From the NCBI GenBank assembly GCA_043228905.1, contig JBHGNT010000005.1, forward strand, positions 1,922,001 to 1,986,000: a stretch of DNA of 64,000 nt. Reading direction: 5' to 3'. Shown here piece after piece: positions 40,300 through 53,123 of this stretch; the first letter of the stretch is position 1; each line of letters opens with the position of its first letter. The notes beneath the pieces were generated by a model. That model saw only the letters and a list, made by a program, of their open reading frames with translations. It ran no database searches and was not told where the DNA came from. A program made the translations under genes and the position numbers. The DNA is from Azolla caroliniana (lineage: Eukaryota; Plantae; Polypodiophyta).

Positions 40300-42700
40300 A
40301 AATCATAATCGTGTGACAAAAGATAAGGAAATATGATCTCTTTTCCACAAGAATTGCTTCACGTATAATGTTTTAGGTAATTTAACTTAGAGTAATCATA
40401 TAGGAGGATAGTAGTGTTTTCCCATTCAATGGAAAATAGCCTATATCGCATGCCAAAGTTTTTTTCCTTATATATTTCTAAAGAAATGGTATTTGATTGA
40501 AAGCCAAAGACGACAAACTGCTCCAATGGTGCAACTAGTAGCAAGTTGTCCTAAATGCCTTTCCAAATGTTCCAACTTTTAAAACCAACTAGCTTGTGTT
40601 ATTTGCATTCAATTCTAGTAGGGTAGACTTACTTGCGAAGGTTGTCAGTTTAACACACCCATAGGAGGGCAACTCAAAGCATATGAATTTGCTCTTCAAT
40701 ATGCTTATTCCAATGGCATGCCCATAGCCACCAATTTGGGGTGTAAGAGGTTTTGCTTCACGTTGGAGTTGGTTCAAGCCTCAATCATTGTCATAATTTA
40801 TAATGCCCATCAAATACACATCCTAGATATGTCTAGCTCCTTGCAACGCTTTAGTTGAAAAAGGTCATGGTCATAGAGCACAAAAGGCCACATACTCATA
40901 AACTTGGTGCATGCACGAGCAAATAGTCTCTTTCAAATTGTTGCTCACTTGCAAAGAGGTTCACACATGCACAAATGAGCATTCTTATGAAGGAGGTAGG
41001 GTGCATACAACAAAAAAGGGATATTTCTCGAAAAGGACCATTGTACCACACATCATTGTTCAATGGGGATTATGTTGTAGTACAAATAGATGTTGAAAGT
41101 CTATGTGCGAGGCTTGGACCATGGGATAATCAGTTGTGCCATATTCTTACTTTCCTCAATCATTGCATAATATATGTTTCATTACATTCTCACCCTTCCC
41201 AGATTAAGAAGTCATTGCTCCTGGGTGGTCATATTGGGAATACATTCTTCGAGAAGCGATTGGTTTAGAGGAAACATTGAGGTGAGTGTCATATTAGGAT
41301 GATGTACCCTTAATTTGATCACGTCCTCAGAAAGGAATGGAAAAGGGGGGTCCTCAAGAACCCAAAACTAACATGGAATGAAGCACATCAAATCTCTTTG
41401 ACCCTCCAAAACTTTGAGGTATTGGCAAGCAATCTTGGATTCCCATTCTGAACCCTAATTACTCTAGAGTCTTAGTGTTCTCATGCATGTTGAATTTGGG
41501 TTCTCTTAGTCTTCATGTCCTTTCACATCATTTTTAACTTGTGGCATCATTGCTTTGTGTGGCTCCTAACATGTATAGACTCAAATTAGAATTATTTCTC
41601 TTACTTGGTTTATCATTGTCGTAAATTATTATGCTATCAAGAAATGGTTGTTGTGTCCAAATCCTTATACTTGCAAATGTGCTCATCACATCATATTGAC
41701 TTTTCCTAAACCACACACCACATCGATGCATTTAACTAATCATCTCATGGTCTTCATATGGTTAAGACAACTCTTTCGCCTTCTCATGAACATTATTAAT
41801 CAATGTCATAAGCAAGCATGTCTTACCCCATCGTATAATGTCTTTGAACCACAATGTTAACTCTCAATTGCAATATTCAATTTGAAAAAATCTTGAATAT
41901 TGAAGATCACTATAAAGTCCACATGCACTACATGAAAGTATTCAGTTAAAGTCTTAGAAGTTATATTTGACCTCCGAGGATGTTAGTACATTTTCGTTCT
42001 CTCCGTCAGGATAAGGACCTTCATTGCTGCTCAACACCTCTCCGGTATTTAGTGCTTGTCTCCTCCAAATCATTTCTCATGACACCCCTCAAGGAAAGAT
42101 GTTCGAGACACCCTTACATAGGATGCTCGCGTTTTTTTTACTTTTCGTGTACATGAAATTGTCACAATACTACAATGAGGAATTTCTTCTAGCTCTCAAT
42201 TAATGCACTAAGATCAACATAGGATTTAACCTTTTTTGTTGGAATCTAAGTGATAATGGATCAAAACTCCACTCATCAAAATATGGTGCTTCGCAAGTTC
42301 CAAATAAGACATCATTTTACAATTATTTCAAGGTGATGTAAGCATTAGCCAAAAAGAGCTCCAATTAATAAAGCAATGTTACAACCTAACAAAACAACAT
42401 CCAACTTTTGTATGAAATACTATACTTTCTAGTCTTTTATATTTAGTTATCCATTGCTAAAATGTTTGATTATCTATTTAGTATAATGATGGATTGTCAA
42501 GGGAATCAACCATTTTAGGTTTTAACCGAGGTTTCTTCTCTTTGGTATTGACATTAAAACGTTGCACGCCTGTAAATGATTTAAATTCTAACATAAAAAG
42601 TTTACTTAATTGTCTTCACTTCTATAGCATCCAGACCACATATGGATTGAGAACACCATACATCTCTTTGTGTAATTTTTGGATAGTAAAGTTTTGTGTA
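40300..42700 (-). mobile_element. Decayed Ty1/copia remnant (PR to integrase start)
   Basis: Traces of GATQ (protease, about 41565) and LVHA..VCG...STKALQGAR (integrase N-terminus, about 40840-40925). Confidence 0.35.
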
Positions 42701-45142
42701 ACCCTCAATAGTGTGCAATCTAGGTACTAAGTGAATGTGTCGTGTTTAAGTAAATCTTCTCAACCTTTGCTAGAGGATTTCTAGATTTTTCAAGATATTG
42801 TTTCCTTGCATTGATAACTAGTAAACATGTAGGATTGTTTTGATAAGTAGCAATCCTTTGATATTAATTTGTATACACACGCATGCACACAAGTACACAT
42901 GTAGTGCCTTGCAACACCTCAAAAGCATCAGAGATCAATATATTCAATTTGCTTTCAAATTCCAATAAGAATGCATTGGTTTCACAATTCGACTTTGATC
43001 ACCTCTGAACATCTTACATCTATTTACATCGGCACAAATTTCATTTTTGACCTCTTAGAGGATGTATCCATGACGATTACTCGTACGACAACAAATTTAA
43101 AATCCTATATCCTTTGAAAGGACTTAGGTGTGAACACATTCCAATGTAGTTGGTGTGTGTATGCAAGGGTAATGCAAACAATATATGTGGTATGCATGCA
43201 AGCAGGCATTCATGGCATTGTCAACTCGATCTCAAGTTGACAATGTATTTAGAAACATAGACGTTGTTCCCAATCTCCTTTATCTTGCTTAAACCCAAAA
43301 ACAAGACAAAATTTAATCTTTTCGTAGGGATCTATTCACCTTTACTGCCAAGGAGCATGTGATAAACTAGGAGGAGCACGTGCTCCCAATTTCTTTTAGC
43401 TAACCGGAATCTATATTGACACATAAAAAATTACTTGATAATTACAATCACAATACATAAAAGTGACGAAAAAATATATTAGACTAAGTAACAAATGGGC
43501 CACGGGAGTCGAGTCACAATGAGTTCTAAAAGCGTGAGGTGTTGTAAATATATAGATGGATCATGGATCTCGGGAAAAAGGTGTTGGAAAGAAGTGTAAA
43601 AACTAGAAATACGGGCATAAGGTTCTTGTTTCGAATCAAGATTCCGCATATGTAATATGTATTCATAATGTCAAAAAGCGGGTGGATCCCTCCTACCCTA
43701 ATTTATTCGTTTCCTTTGCAAGTTCCACACCTTTCCATTCATTCATGAGCATAATGTTAAACTAATGACACCTTCGAGCTAATATGTTATCCTTGCATAA
43801 CTTTTCTGTATAAGATAATGCTACAATACCCACAAAGCTGATCTACATAAACATCTTTGTCCATCCTCTCAAGTGGAACAATGCTTGATTAATTTATAGT
43901 GCAAAAAAATTTTTGAAGTGAGCAAATCGCATATACCAATCCAAGCATGTCTTTATTTCTGGACGAGTTGTTGTGGGTCTAGTCATGATGGAACTTGTCT
44001 TCTAGCCTTATCCATCTCGCAATAAACTAAGAAGAGAATATAAATATTTTAACAAGCTCAAAAAGACATTGAAATGTTCGTCCACAAGAAAAATAAAATG
44101 CAGTTTATTCTTTTTCCATTTTGAATGGCTAGAGAGGGATCTCTTATTATAATCAAGTGCCAACAGTATCTTTCCATGATTTTTTATTATTGCCACGTTG
44201 GGAAGACCTTCCATTATATGGAAGAAAATAGAACCTCCCTCATGTTACGACATTATAACATTTCTTATATGATAAGGAGCATTTCACATTTGTTTGTTCA
44301 TGTCAATTGAAAAGCTTGTTTAATCATGTGCAAACAGATTCTCGCACGCTGGTCCCCCAAACCCCTACATCCACCAATGCTTGAAAAACAATCGTATTAT
44401 CAAGATAATCAGTCTTCATCTAGAACCAATATTGACATGTTGGAGGCATTCATATCATTCAAGCATTGTCCCATTTACTAATAATGCACGTGTAAGTTAG
44501 CCAAAACTCTTATTCTAAATTGCAAACATAATGCACTCCCAATGGTCATGTGCTTACACCCTCATGACATTATATTGACATTCACCACAATATCATGAAC
44601 GCAAAATATCAAAACAACACATATAATGCAATGCATCTCAACATTTTAAATGTCCTTTTTCATTGACGTTCCAAGTGGACGACCACATATCAGTTGCTCA
44701 TTCATAACAAATGAGGAATCTACACAAGATTGTTAAAGAAATTGGCCACTTGCATGTCTCAAAAAGTGATCAAACAAAAAGAGTAGAAAACAGTTTTTTT
44801 TACCAGATGATATGTTTGATTGTCCACAACATGCCATGCAACACAAATTGAACCTCACCTTTGAGTAAAAGAGGATGCATAAACAATAGGACAACCATAA
44901 TTGGTTTTTATATAACAAAAGTTACACGCATGAATGACCAAAACAAATCTTAGTGCATTGCCAGATTGTGTTAGAAAGAAGGCATGTGCAAGTCCTTGTA
45001 AGCTTAACAGAGTGGTCCATCACCTTCTTATTCTTTGAACTCGAAAACCTCCAGCAGTGGTTTGAGTGCAAAATCACCTTGCCACATCAAAGGACTCCAA
45101 TTTCATGACAAAAAAGAGAGCAAGGAATCCATTGTATTGAAA

Positions 45143-45670
45143 GAGAAATTGTAGAAAACGCATATCACAAGCACATGTCACAGGTTTCCAGACTTCCATA
45201 CTTCACTCAACACCGACTCTCTCCATTGAAAAGATCCCATTGACATTGAAGGTAAAAACATCACTCAAGCTCCGGAGAAATTGTAGAAAACGCATATCAC
45301 AAGAACATGTCACAGGTTTCCAGATTTCCATACTTACTCAACACCGACTCTCTCCATTGAAAAGATCCCATTGACATTGAAGGTAAAAACATCACTCAAG
45401 CTCTGAAGAAATTGTAGAAAACGCAGATAACAAGAACATGTCACAGGTTTCCAGATTTCCTTACTTCACTGAACACCAACTCTCTCCATTGAAAAGATCC
45501 CATTGACATTGAAGGTAAAAACATCACTCAAGCTCCGGAGAAATTGTAGAAAACACATATCACAAGAATATGTCAGAGGTTTCCAGATTTCCATACTTCA
45601 CTCAACACCGACTCTCTCCATTGAAAAAATCCCATTGACATTGAAGGTAAAAACATCACTCAAGCTCCGG
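45143..45670. repeat. Tandem repeat, about 132-bp unit x4
   Basis: Unit AGAAATTGTAGAAAACGCATATCACAAG...AAAAACATCACTCAAGCTCCGG repeated four times with few substitutions. Confidence 0.93.
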
Positions 45671-46288
45671 TTTGTCCATTAAAAAGTTCCCGTTAACATT
45701 GAAGATGAATATTACATTACAATGTTCCCATTTGCAATGCAGCAGTCATTTCATACTTTTATTATTTGAAGATATGCTTGATTTTCATTCCACACTTTTA
45801 TTCAAAGAACAAGTGCCACAATGACTCCTAGTTCATATCGCAACATTCCGAAACATGGGTCGGGAACACTTCCTACAAAACAATGGTCCAAAATGTCAGA
45901 AACTTTCAAGTTACCTCGATCCTGATCAGTGGAGTGTGTTCTGAAAGAGAATCTATTTACTTCAATTATTATTGTCAAAGCTGCGTTACGTTGCTTTGCT
46001 ACTATTTCCCACAGGCACACTAAAGAATTCACATAAATTTGGTTTTTGGTTATGGAATTGAACTGGGAATGATTATATTTTCAATGTTGGTAAGGGAAAA
46101 TGCGCCACTGTTGGATTCATTTCCCTTCAAATCCTTGAGGACCTCAGTAATTTTAACTGTTTATAGTGTCTACAAAGACGCATGACAATCGTCTAGCAGA
46201 AAGATAACGCATTTTATGTGAACATCATAGGTCCTCCGACCCAAATTTTATTCTCGCGCGTACACAGCCACTGTAGACATGAAATGGG

Positions 46289-46574
46289 GAAATTAGGAGC
46301 GAATGATCCTAGTCAAAACTGTAAGCAAAGCTTAACAATGGGAATTCTACAGACGTTTCAGATACCAGGATTAGCAGATTGTGAAACGCAGAAATTAGTA
46401 GCGAAAGATCCTAGTAAAAACTGTAGGCCTTTTAACACTGGAAATTCTACAGACGTTTCAGTTGTCAGGATTAGAAGATTATGATATCCAGAAATTAGTA
46501 ACGGAAGACCCTAGTCAAAACCGTAACCCTTAACACTGAGAATTCTACAGACGTTTCAGTTGCCAGGATTAGCA
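46289..46574. repeat. Tandem repeat, about 100-bp unit x3 (diverged)
   Basis: GAAATTAG...CCTAGT.AAAAC...AATTCTACAGACGTTTCAG...CAGGATTAG recurs at about 46289, 46391 and 46491. Confidence 0.85.
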
Positions 46575-46970
46575 TCTGACGCAAAAGCTTTATCTTCATT
46601 AAGGGACATTAATTTCCGGAAGGAAAAAAAGACCTCAAATCGAAGCGCAAGGATAAGCTCAGATCATCATAAACGCATGATTTCATACAGCACATCAAAG
46701 CTTTCAGGCTTACATTTTCCGACAGAGTTGGCGACATACTTTTGAGGTGTAGATTACACACTTTGTAGTCCTGAGTTACAAGATCATGGAACATAGGAAG
46801 AGCTGTGTCATGAGCTCTGTGCTAGATCTGAAAGGCAGGACATTAATATAGTGGTAGATCACAAGCACGTGTTCACAGATGAATTGAAATAAACTATTAA
46901 CCACGAGCTGCACAAGAGAAACTCGACCACGCGCTCAAATCAATTTTCTGTCTAGTAAAACAGCATTGCA

Positions 46971-47213
46971 GAATGTAGCTAAGAAATTCTACGATCAAAG
47001 ATGAGATATGGACTCTGTACATGGAACCATGAGCGATCATAGAAGGGTCGACAGGTAACGAGAAACGAAAGTCCTGAGTGAGAGGAAAGCATGAGGCATC
47101 CGAGGCAGGAAGCCTGCACCCAGAAAACCATGAGCTCATCCCCTCTGATTCAATCTAACAATCGTGTAACCGTTCCTCATCATAGCGACAAAAGGAACAT
47201 GACTGCGATTGTC
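46971..47213 (-). ncRNA. H/ACA snoRNA, U19/snR191-like (LSU helix 69 pseudouridine guide)
   Basis: 5' hairpin GACAAUCG...CGAUUGUU with upper stem UGUUCCU/AGGAACG. The pocket AGUCA + GUUAC pairs with rRNA GUAAC-U-A-UGACU, 14 nt from an H-like box AGAUUG. A long internal hairpin follows. The 3' pocket AGAGU/UAG lies 15 nt before ACA-UUC. Confidence 0.7.
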
Positions 47214-47304
47214 GTTGCAGAGCTTACGATTAGAAGCTGGAAAATCCTTGACACAGAACAACACACATTACGCTACATACACTCAGGCAATACGACAGAT
47301 CGGA

Positions 47305-47485
47305 ATCTGTTTGGAATTGATCCGTTCACATTCAGTGAAAAGAGCTACCAGCAGAGGTGCTACTACGAGCACCATCGCTCTTCCATAGCCCTAGACTATG
47401 AACGAGATAGCTTGCTTTAGGGGCAATTGAACACCTGTGTTACTCGATTGATTCGATTGAAACAGGTTGCCTGAAGAAATGCCCC
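47305..47485 (-). ncRNA. H/ACA snoRNA copy B (paralog of copy A), 3' end uncertain
   Basis: Lower stem GGGGCA/UGCCCC, upper stem ACCUGU/ACAGGU, pocket UCAGGCA + GUUC, canonical H box AAAGCA (47418-47413) exactly 14 nt after the pocket. Confidence 0.68.
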
Positions 47486-47539
47486 GGAGATAAGAAAACA
47501 ACAAGGGGAGGAGAAAAAAGAAGCACATCTAGCCAGGTC

Positions 47540-47707
47540 AAATGTACACGCGATGGACAAGAGCTATCAACACAGAGATCAAAGTCTCAGCCATAGCTCA
47601 GAAAATCAGGTGTAAAAAAGAGAACTCCTTTTTATCGGTTTAGGGACAAATTAACACCTGACGGACTCGATGTAGACGAAGATACAGGATGCCTGAAAAG
47701 ATGTCCC
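47540..47707 (-). ncRNA. H/ACA snoRNA copy A (guide for LSU GAAC-U-AUGCCUGA)
   Basis: Lower stem GGGACA/UGUCCC, pocket UCAGGCA + GUU, H-like AAACCG 14 nt downstream. Second hairpin ACAC..GAGCUAU/AUAGCUC..GUGU followed by ACA-UUU. Confidence 0.68.
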
Positions 47708-48030
47708 ACAAGAAACACAGAAGGTCGTGTATCGAATTTCGACCGAATTTTCATGGTTAGCGCAATCGAAGCCTTAACAGAGGCCCAAGAGCTGAGCAAC
47801 TAAAGATCCATCCATGCGGAGCTCCGCTCTGTGTGGGATCGAGCAAAAGGAAGAAAAACCGCGAATGCAAACAATTTGTCGAGAAGGGAGGAGGTCATGG
47901 AGAGCTCTGCGACGCACGCAGGAAGCTCCTACCCCGCCTGCATAGCAGTGGGGTAAACGTAGTAGAGGGTTCTTGGCGATGAAGGCAAGCTGCAGAGATG
48001 TGCGTGGAAGAACGGATCCATAGCCATAGC

Positions 48031-48290
48031 TTTATAGTATGGATGGAGCATTGTTAGGGTTTCGTTAGGGTTTGTTGGGTGGAGGGTCGATTTACACAGG
48101 GGCCATAATAGACAAAGGGAAGGTTCTTTGTCCTTCCTTGAGAATTGTTAGGGTTTCGTTAGGGTTCGTGGGGGTGAAGGGTCGATTTACATGGGGGGGC
48201 CATAAGAAGATACATTGGGTTGGGGTCTGTTGTCCGGCTGCCCAGAAGAAAAGACCTTTGCGTTTGCAGAAGAGGCGGATTGGGCCCTAA
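48031..48290 (-). promoter_or_regulatory. Telo-box / site II / TATA promoter of the snoRNA cluster
   Basis: CTATAAA at 48037-48031. AAACCCTAA telo-boxes at about 48054-48073 and 48148-48166 (a duplicated block). GGGCC site II-like motifs at about 48100, 48198 and 48281. Confidence 0.65.
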
Positions 48291-48949
48291 GTTTATCCCT
48301 CGGCTCCATAACAAGAGGCAACAGTTCTGCTCTCCGGACCATTATGGGCACCTTGGTTTTTTACTTGCCCCCTCCTCTTCTTCTCCCTTGGTCTTATCAT
48401 AAATAAATAAATAAATAAATGAGGAAGGATAATTATCTTAGGATTTGGAGGCAACTTAACATGGTCAGCAACACGTAGCCACCTACGTTGCGGGCCTCTG
48501 GCTTAAGACATAAATATGGGACTAATTATCTCATTTTATCGTCTCCTTGGTGGGTGAAACTCTGAGACTTTGGTGGTTCATTGAAGCTCTTTATTTCAAG
48601 GCACCTATCATCTACATCTAATCCCAACCAAGGTACATCTTTAGACCACATGTGGTGTTATGGGATGCCATTAGGATTTATGGATTGTCTCAAATCCTTT
48701 GCTCAAGAATGGTCAACACATAAAAGGCATTCTCTCTCGTTTATTTCTTTTTGTTCAATAATATCATTCGTTTGATATATTCATTGCAAGCCAATCGGAA
48801 TAATAGATCTAAAGAACCTTAATATATCAAATTACTTGCATGTAAATTGCAAAATACATATGTGACGCATGCAAAATACATATGTGACGCATAAAATATT
48901 CATGGGGAAATTTGATGTAGAGTTGAGGCACTGTTGCATCACACAACAA

Positions 48950-49260
48950 AGGGGTGAATTCTTAAAATGGAACAACCTAAGACATGATTAATCAAAGAAC
49001 TTGGTTTTGGAGCATGAGCATTCAAGGTATGCTCATCATGTCTTTTTTAATTGATTGAAATGCCTCAGAATTGTGAGGGTTTGCATGATGGACAACCAAC
49101 ATTAGAAGCCATTCCCACTCAAGGTTGAGAGCGGGAAGCCTCACATAGAGCAAGTCCACACCAACCTCTTTGAAAGGATGATGGCTGAAGTAATAAATAA
49201 ATCACCCTACATCTTCCTACTCACATATTATTATTGCGAGTTGATGGATGAATGGATGTC
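48950..49260 (+). mobile_element. Copia GAG-pre-integrase/integrase fragment
   Basis: C..CMMDNQH*KPFP...EQVHTNL...SINKSPYIFLL, matching C..C..GKQHR.PF...LELVHSDL...S..GSRYFLL across frameshifts. Confidence 0.5.
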
Positions 49261-50101
49261 TCTACTACTCATCTCGGCATTTAACATCTCTCCCCATTGT
49301 TGACAAATTTGTTGACCTTCCACGATTTCTTGCTTCTTGCACTAGTACCACCAATTTGGGGAAAAGGCACTTCTTTTTTTATATTCCTATGAATACATCC
49401 CATTGAGTTTGATCACCATCAAACTTCTATCGCATTATACATTATCTAACCGTGGTGCCTTGCAAATAGACCTTTCTTCCAAAACAAACATCCCTAGGAA
49501 CATCCATGAGAATGGATTTGTCATGCAAAACCACCCATATAAATGCCAAAGAGGTAATACAAGGTAGAAAATATACACTACAACATCCAAGATACAATTA
49601 GTTAATCAGGTTACATCTAGAAGAGATGGGTTTATATGGTATACAAGCATTCGAAACTATGGTGTTGACAGTAACACTATTAAAAGCTCCCCTAATTAGA
49701 GGGTAAAACTATTAGAAGAGGGCATCAATCAATGTTCATGGGAAACATTAACAAAGTGTGATAACAGTGTCCCAAAAAGTTTGACAGACAATTCATGTTA
49801 CATCATTTTGGAAGATTCTATGAATAATTAGTTGCAGAAACTAGATCATACAAGAATATAAAGATAATGAAACTGATAGAAGATCAACACAACCTTTGGA
49901 GAAAGGCAATTGAAAACCATTCATCATATCAAACTTTTGAGAAAAGGCAATTCAAATCCATTCCTCATATCAAGAAGCCCTTGGACCTCCAACTATTCCA
50001 TTAGAAATAGCTTCGTCAGATGTTCGTATTCATTATACCATAGATGACAGGAACTTGTTATATTATGGTTGCATTGAAAGTTGATAAGGTCACATCACCG
50101 T

Positions 50102-53092
50102 TTATTTTCTGGGTTGTTTAAACCGATTAGAGCTCGGTGGTCTTCGTTTATCTGAGTTTTTCTTTGCGCTTAAGCCGCAAGCCTTTGGTGCAACTTTGCC
50201 AACTTCTTGCTTTGTCTGCACATGTGAATCAAAGTCCCTATTCATATTGATGCTACAAGTATTCACAATTGTTGTTATATCCTCGTCCTCATATACAACG
50301 GTGCCTTTGAAAACAAAAACAACATTTAGGAACAAGCAAATCACATAGGAGATTAAACAAAATTAACTATTGGTAGCCAATTAATGTTCTATTAGAATTA
50401 AACCAATACTAATTTTTTATTGGTTTGGACATTTATTTATAAAATGTTTAGCATTACCAATTTGTGTTTGTTCATGTTCAATTTCATTGGAAGCAAGTTC
50501 ACTGTCATCAACATCATCCTCGCCATTATTAACACCTGCATCCACTCCTAATTTAGATTCTCCAGTTGCAAGCCTCAATGCAAGTCGTCTCTGGCATTAT
50601 AAAAACCACGTAATACAAAATCTTGTTAGACTCATGATGAAGTATACATAGCCTCTCTATTCAAATTCGTGTTTCCTCTTAATCGTAATTGCCCACATAG
50701 CTTGTAGAAACCAATTGATATGCATTGGAATCATGATGACGTATACATAGCCTCTCTATTCAAATTCATGTTTCCTCTTAATCGTAATAGCCCACATAGC
50801 TTGTAGAAATTAATTGATATGCATTGGCTTCAACAGAAATTACATTGATATAGAGATTTATGATGATAACATCTTAGAGTAAGAGGAAACAAGATCAAAG
50901 TTAATATGTAAAAGAAAAGTGGAATACAACACACAATGTTATATGCTTTGTGAAGTAATGAATGGACATATATATATATATATATATGATAACCTTTTTA
51001 GTATTAGGGAAAAAAACTATGACTTTTTATATTTGATTAAGAAACATGAAGGGAACAAACCTCTTTTCGATCTTCAAGACGTTTCTGACGATCTTTCACC
51101 TGCTTCTCATGCTCCGCAATTTTCCTTCTTTTCTTCTTCCTTTTCTGGAATCCTGTTACAAATGATCTGTTTGGAGAAAGGAAAATAAATTTCTTCATGG
51201 AAGCAAGTTCATTACATATAATGCATAATGCATAAACTGAAGAATTTGCTTATAACAAACAATTCCTTACTACTAGATTGGATGACTATCCTACAAAATG
51301 GATTTATTCAGACTACAACATACATAATGAAAATATAATATTTCAGGTCAATTCAGAAATTCCACAGCCCTATTTCAACAATAAATAGCATTGAAAAATG
51401 GCAATGTCACCAGGACTTTTCATCTTCATCCCTATTTTATGATCTTCCACAAAGTTAAGACTGCCCTCGAATAAGCAAGCTACATTTTGGCAGCCTCTAA
51501 CAGATGGTAAGGTATCTTCGAAACATTAACTAGTTTAATTTATGATATTCAATCTTCCAAAAACTAGTATCAGAAATCACATAACATCGAGTGGTTCTGA
51601 AAGACAAAATTTCATCTCAAGAAATAGTTTCTGAAATTAGTTTATTGTACAAGATAACGAACTTTGTTTAGATTGAAATCATTTCTGAGGATGCCCAATG
51701 ATGTGGCTTAATATGGATGCCCAAAAAAAGATAATAACTACAGCACACATGCATAATCAACTTTGCCTTGGATGTTATGTCCAATCTAAGCTCAATTGAG
51801 TGTTACGGACAATGTAATGCATTTATGGCCCATGTTTTTGGCCATTTTCACTCTCCTGGGTTGCTAGCGGTGAACAGAAGATCAAGTGACCTGACTCTAT
51901 CTACCAGAGAAAGATAAAGGATTGAATGAAATCAGTAAGTGACTCTATCAATCATCATTAAGCCCTCTTAATATAGAGAATACAGAGGTTATTTATAGAG
52001 AAATATATTTTATCCTTCTAGAGAGAGAGGTACGATTCGAACTTTGAGCCAACCAAAGAGTGAGCAAAATGGGGATCCAACATTATCTAACACCAGTGAA
52101 CAGAAGATCGAGCGACCAGGCTCTATCTACCAGAGGAAGATAAAAGATTGAGTGAAATCAGTAAGTGACTCTATCAATCATCATTAAGCCCTCTTAATAT
52201 AGAAAATACGGAGGTTAGTTTTGTTGGTTCAGCCTTATCGAGATAGGCAAAAAAACCTATGTGCTCTAAACTGATATAAAATTTAACTACTGACCATAGA
52301 CTATTTATGCTTGTTAGCCAGAACTAGAGCAAACTCAAGATAATTTCAAAATAGTTCAAAAACATTCCTTGCAATGATTTCCAGGTCAGTGCTCTCTTGT
52401 TGTATCCATTTATACAAAACATCATTAATTTTCACGACAGCTCAAGCAGACAAGAAAACAAACAAATTCTAACCCACAAAGCCAGATGCTAAAGCCTGGA
52501 TTCGTAATATAAAACCTAACTGAGACTTCAAGAGACAATACACTAGATCCTAAACTCTCAAAGGCTAGTACTCTGTACCAGAAACCCTTTAATAATTAGT
52601 AAACAAACAAAATATCAGGATCAGGGGCTAGTATTAAATAGTACCTGGCATTTTTTATTGAATATATCCTTAGACTCTGAACCTTAAATCCTGACTAAAA
52701 GTTCAGCTTAATGAGCTAATATTCTAAACACTAAAACTTTACAAAATAGTACATTCCCTTAATCACCCAATAATTCCAACACTAAACCCCCAAAGTATAG
52801 TACTCTAACCCATGACCCTAAAGGCTGATGCTCTGGACACAAAAAACTAAAAGAAACAATCAATGACAAGGACCCTACTAAACCCTCGTGGGATAGTCCT
52901 CTAAACACTTAACCGTTAAGGGCTAGTATCCTGAACTATAAATGCTCCACTAATTCCTGTTAAAATATGGACACAATCCTGGCAATGTTTTGAAAAGAAA
53001 ACAAGATATCTCTCTCACTTTCCATCAGTCCCTTCTTCTATTCGCTCGTTTATGCCTTTAGAGATGTTAGTACACTTCTTCTTCTTCTTCTC

Positions 53093-53123
<31 letters not shown>

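Noticed and set aside
45143-45670. Tandem array as a CRISPR array
   Set aside because: Whole units repeat with no unique spacers, the context is eukaryotic, and there are no cas genes.
47120-47190. C/D snoRNA suggested by AUGAUGA on the minus strand
   Set aside because: No CUGA D box or rRNA antisense element, and the motif falls in the apical part of the better-supported U19-like H/ACA hairpin.
47725-47790. U17/snR30 suggested by AACCAU near an ACA
   Set aside because: The m1 motif AUAUUCCU is absent and the spacing to ACA is wrong.
50632-52215. Short intronic duplications in RRP17 (about 99 bp and 125 bp), also in the BPC and APRR2 introns
   Set aside because: Ordinary local duplications with no sign of function.
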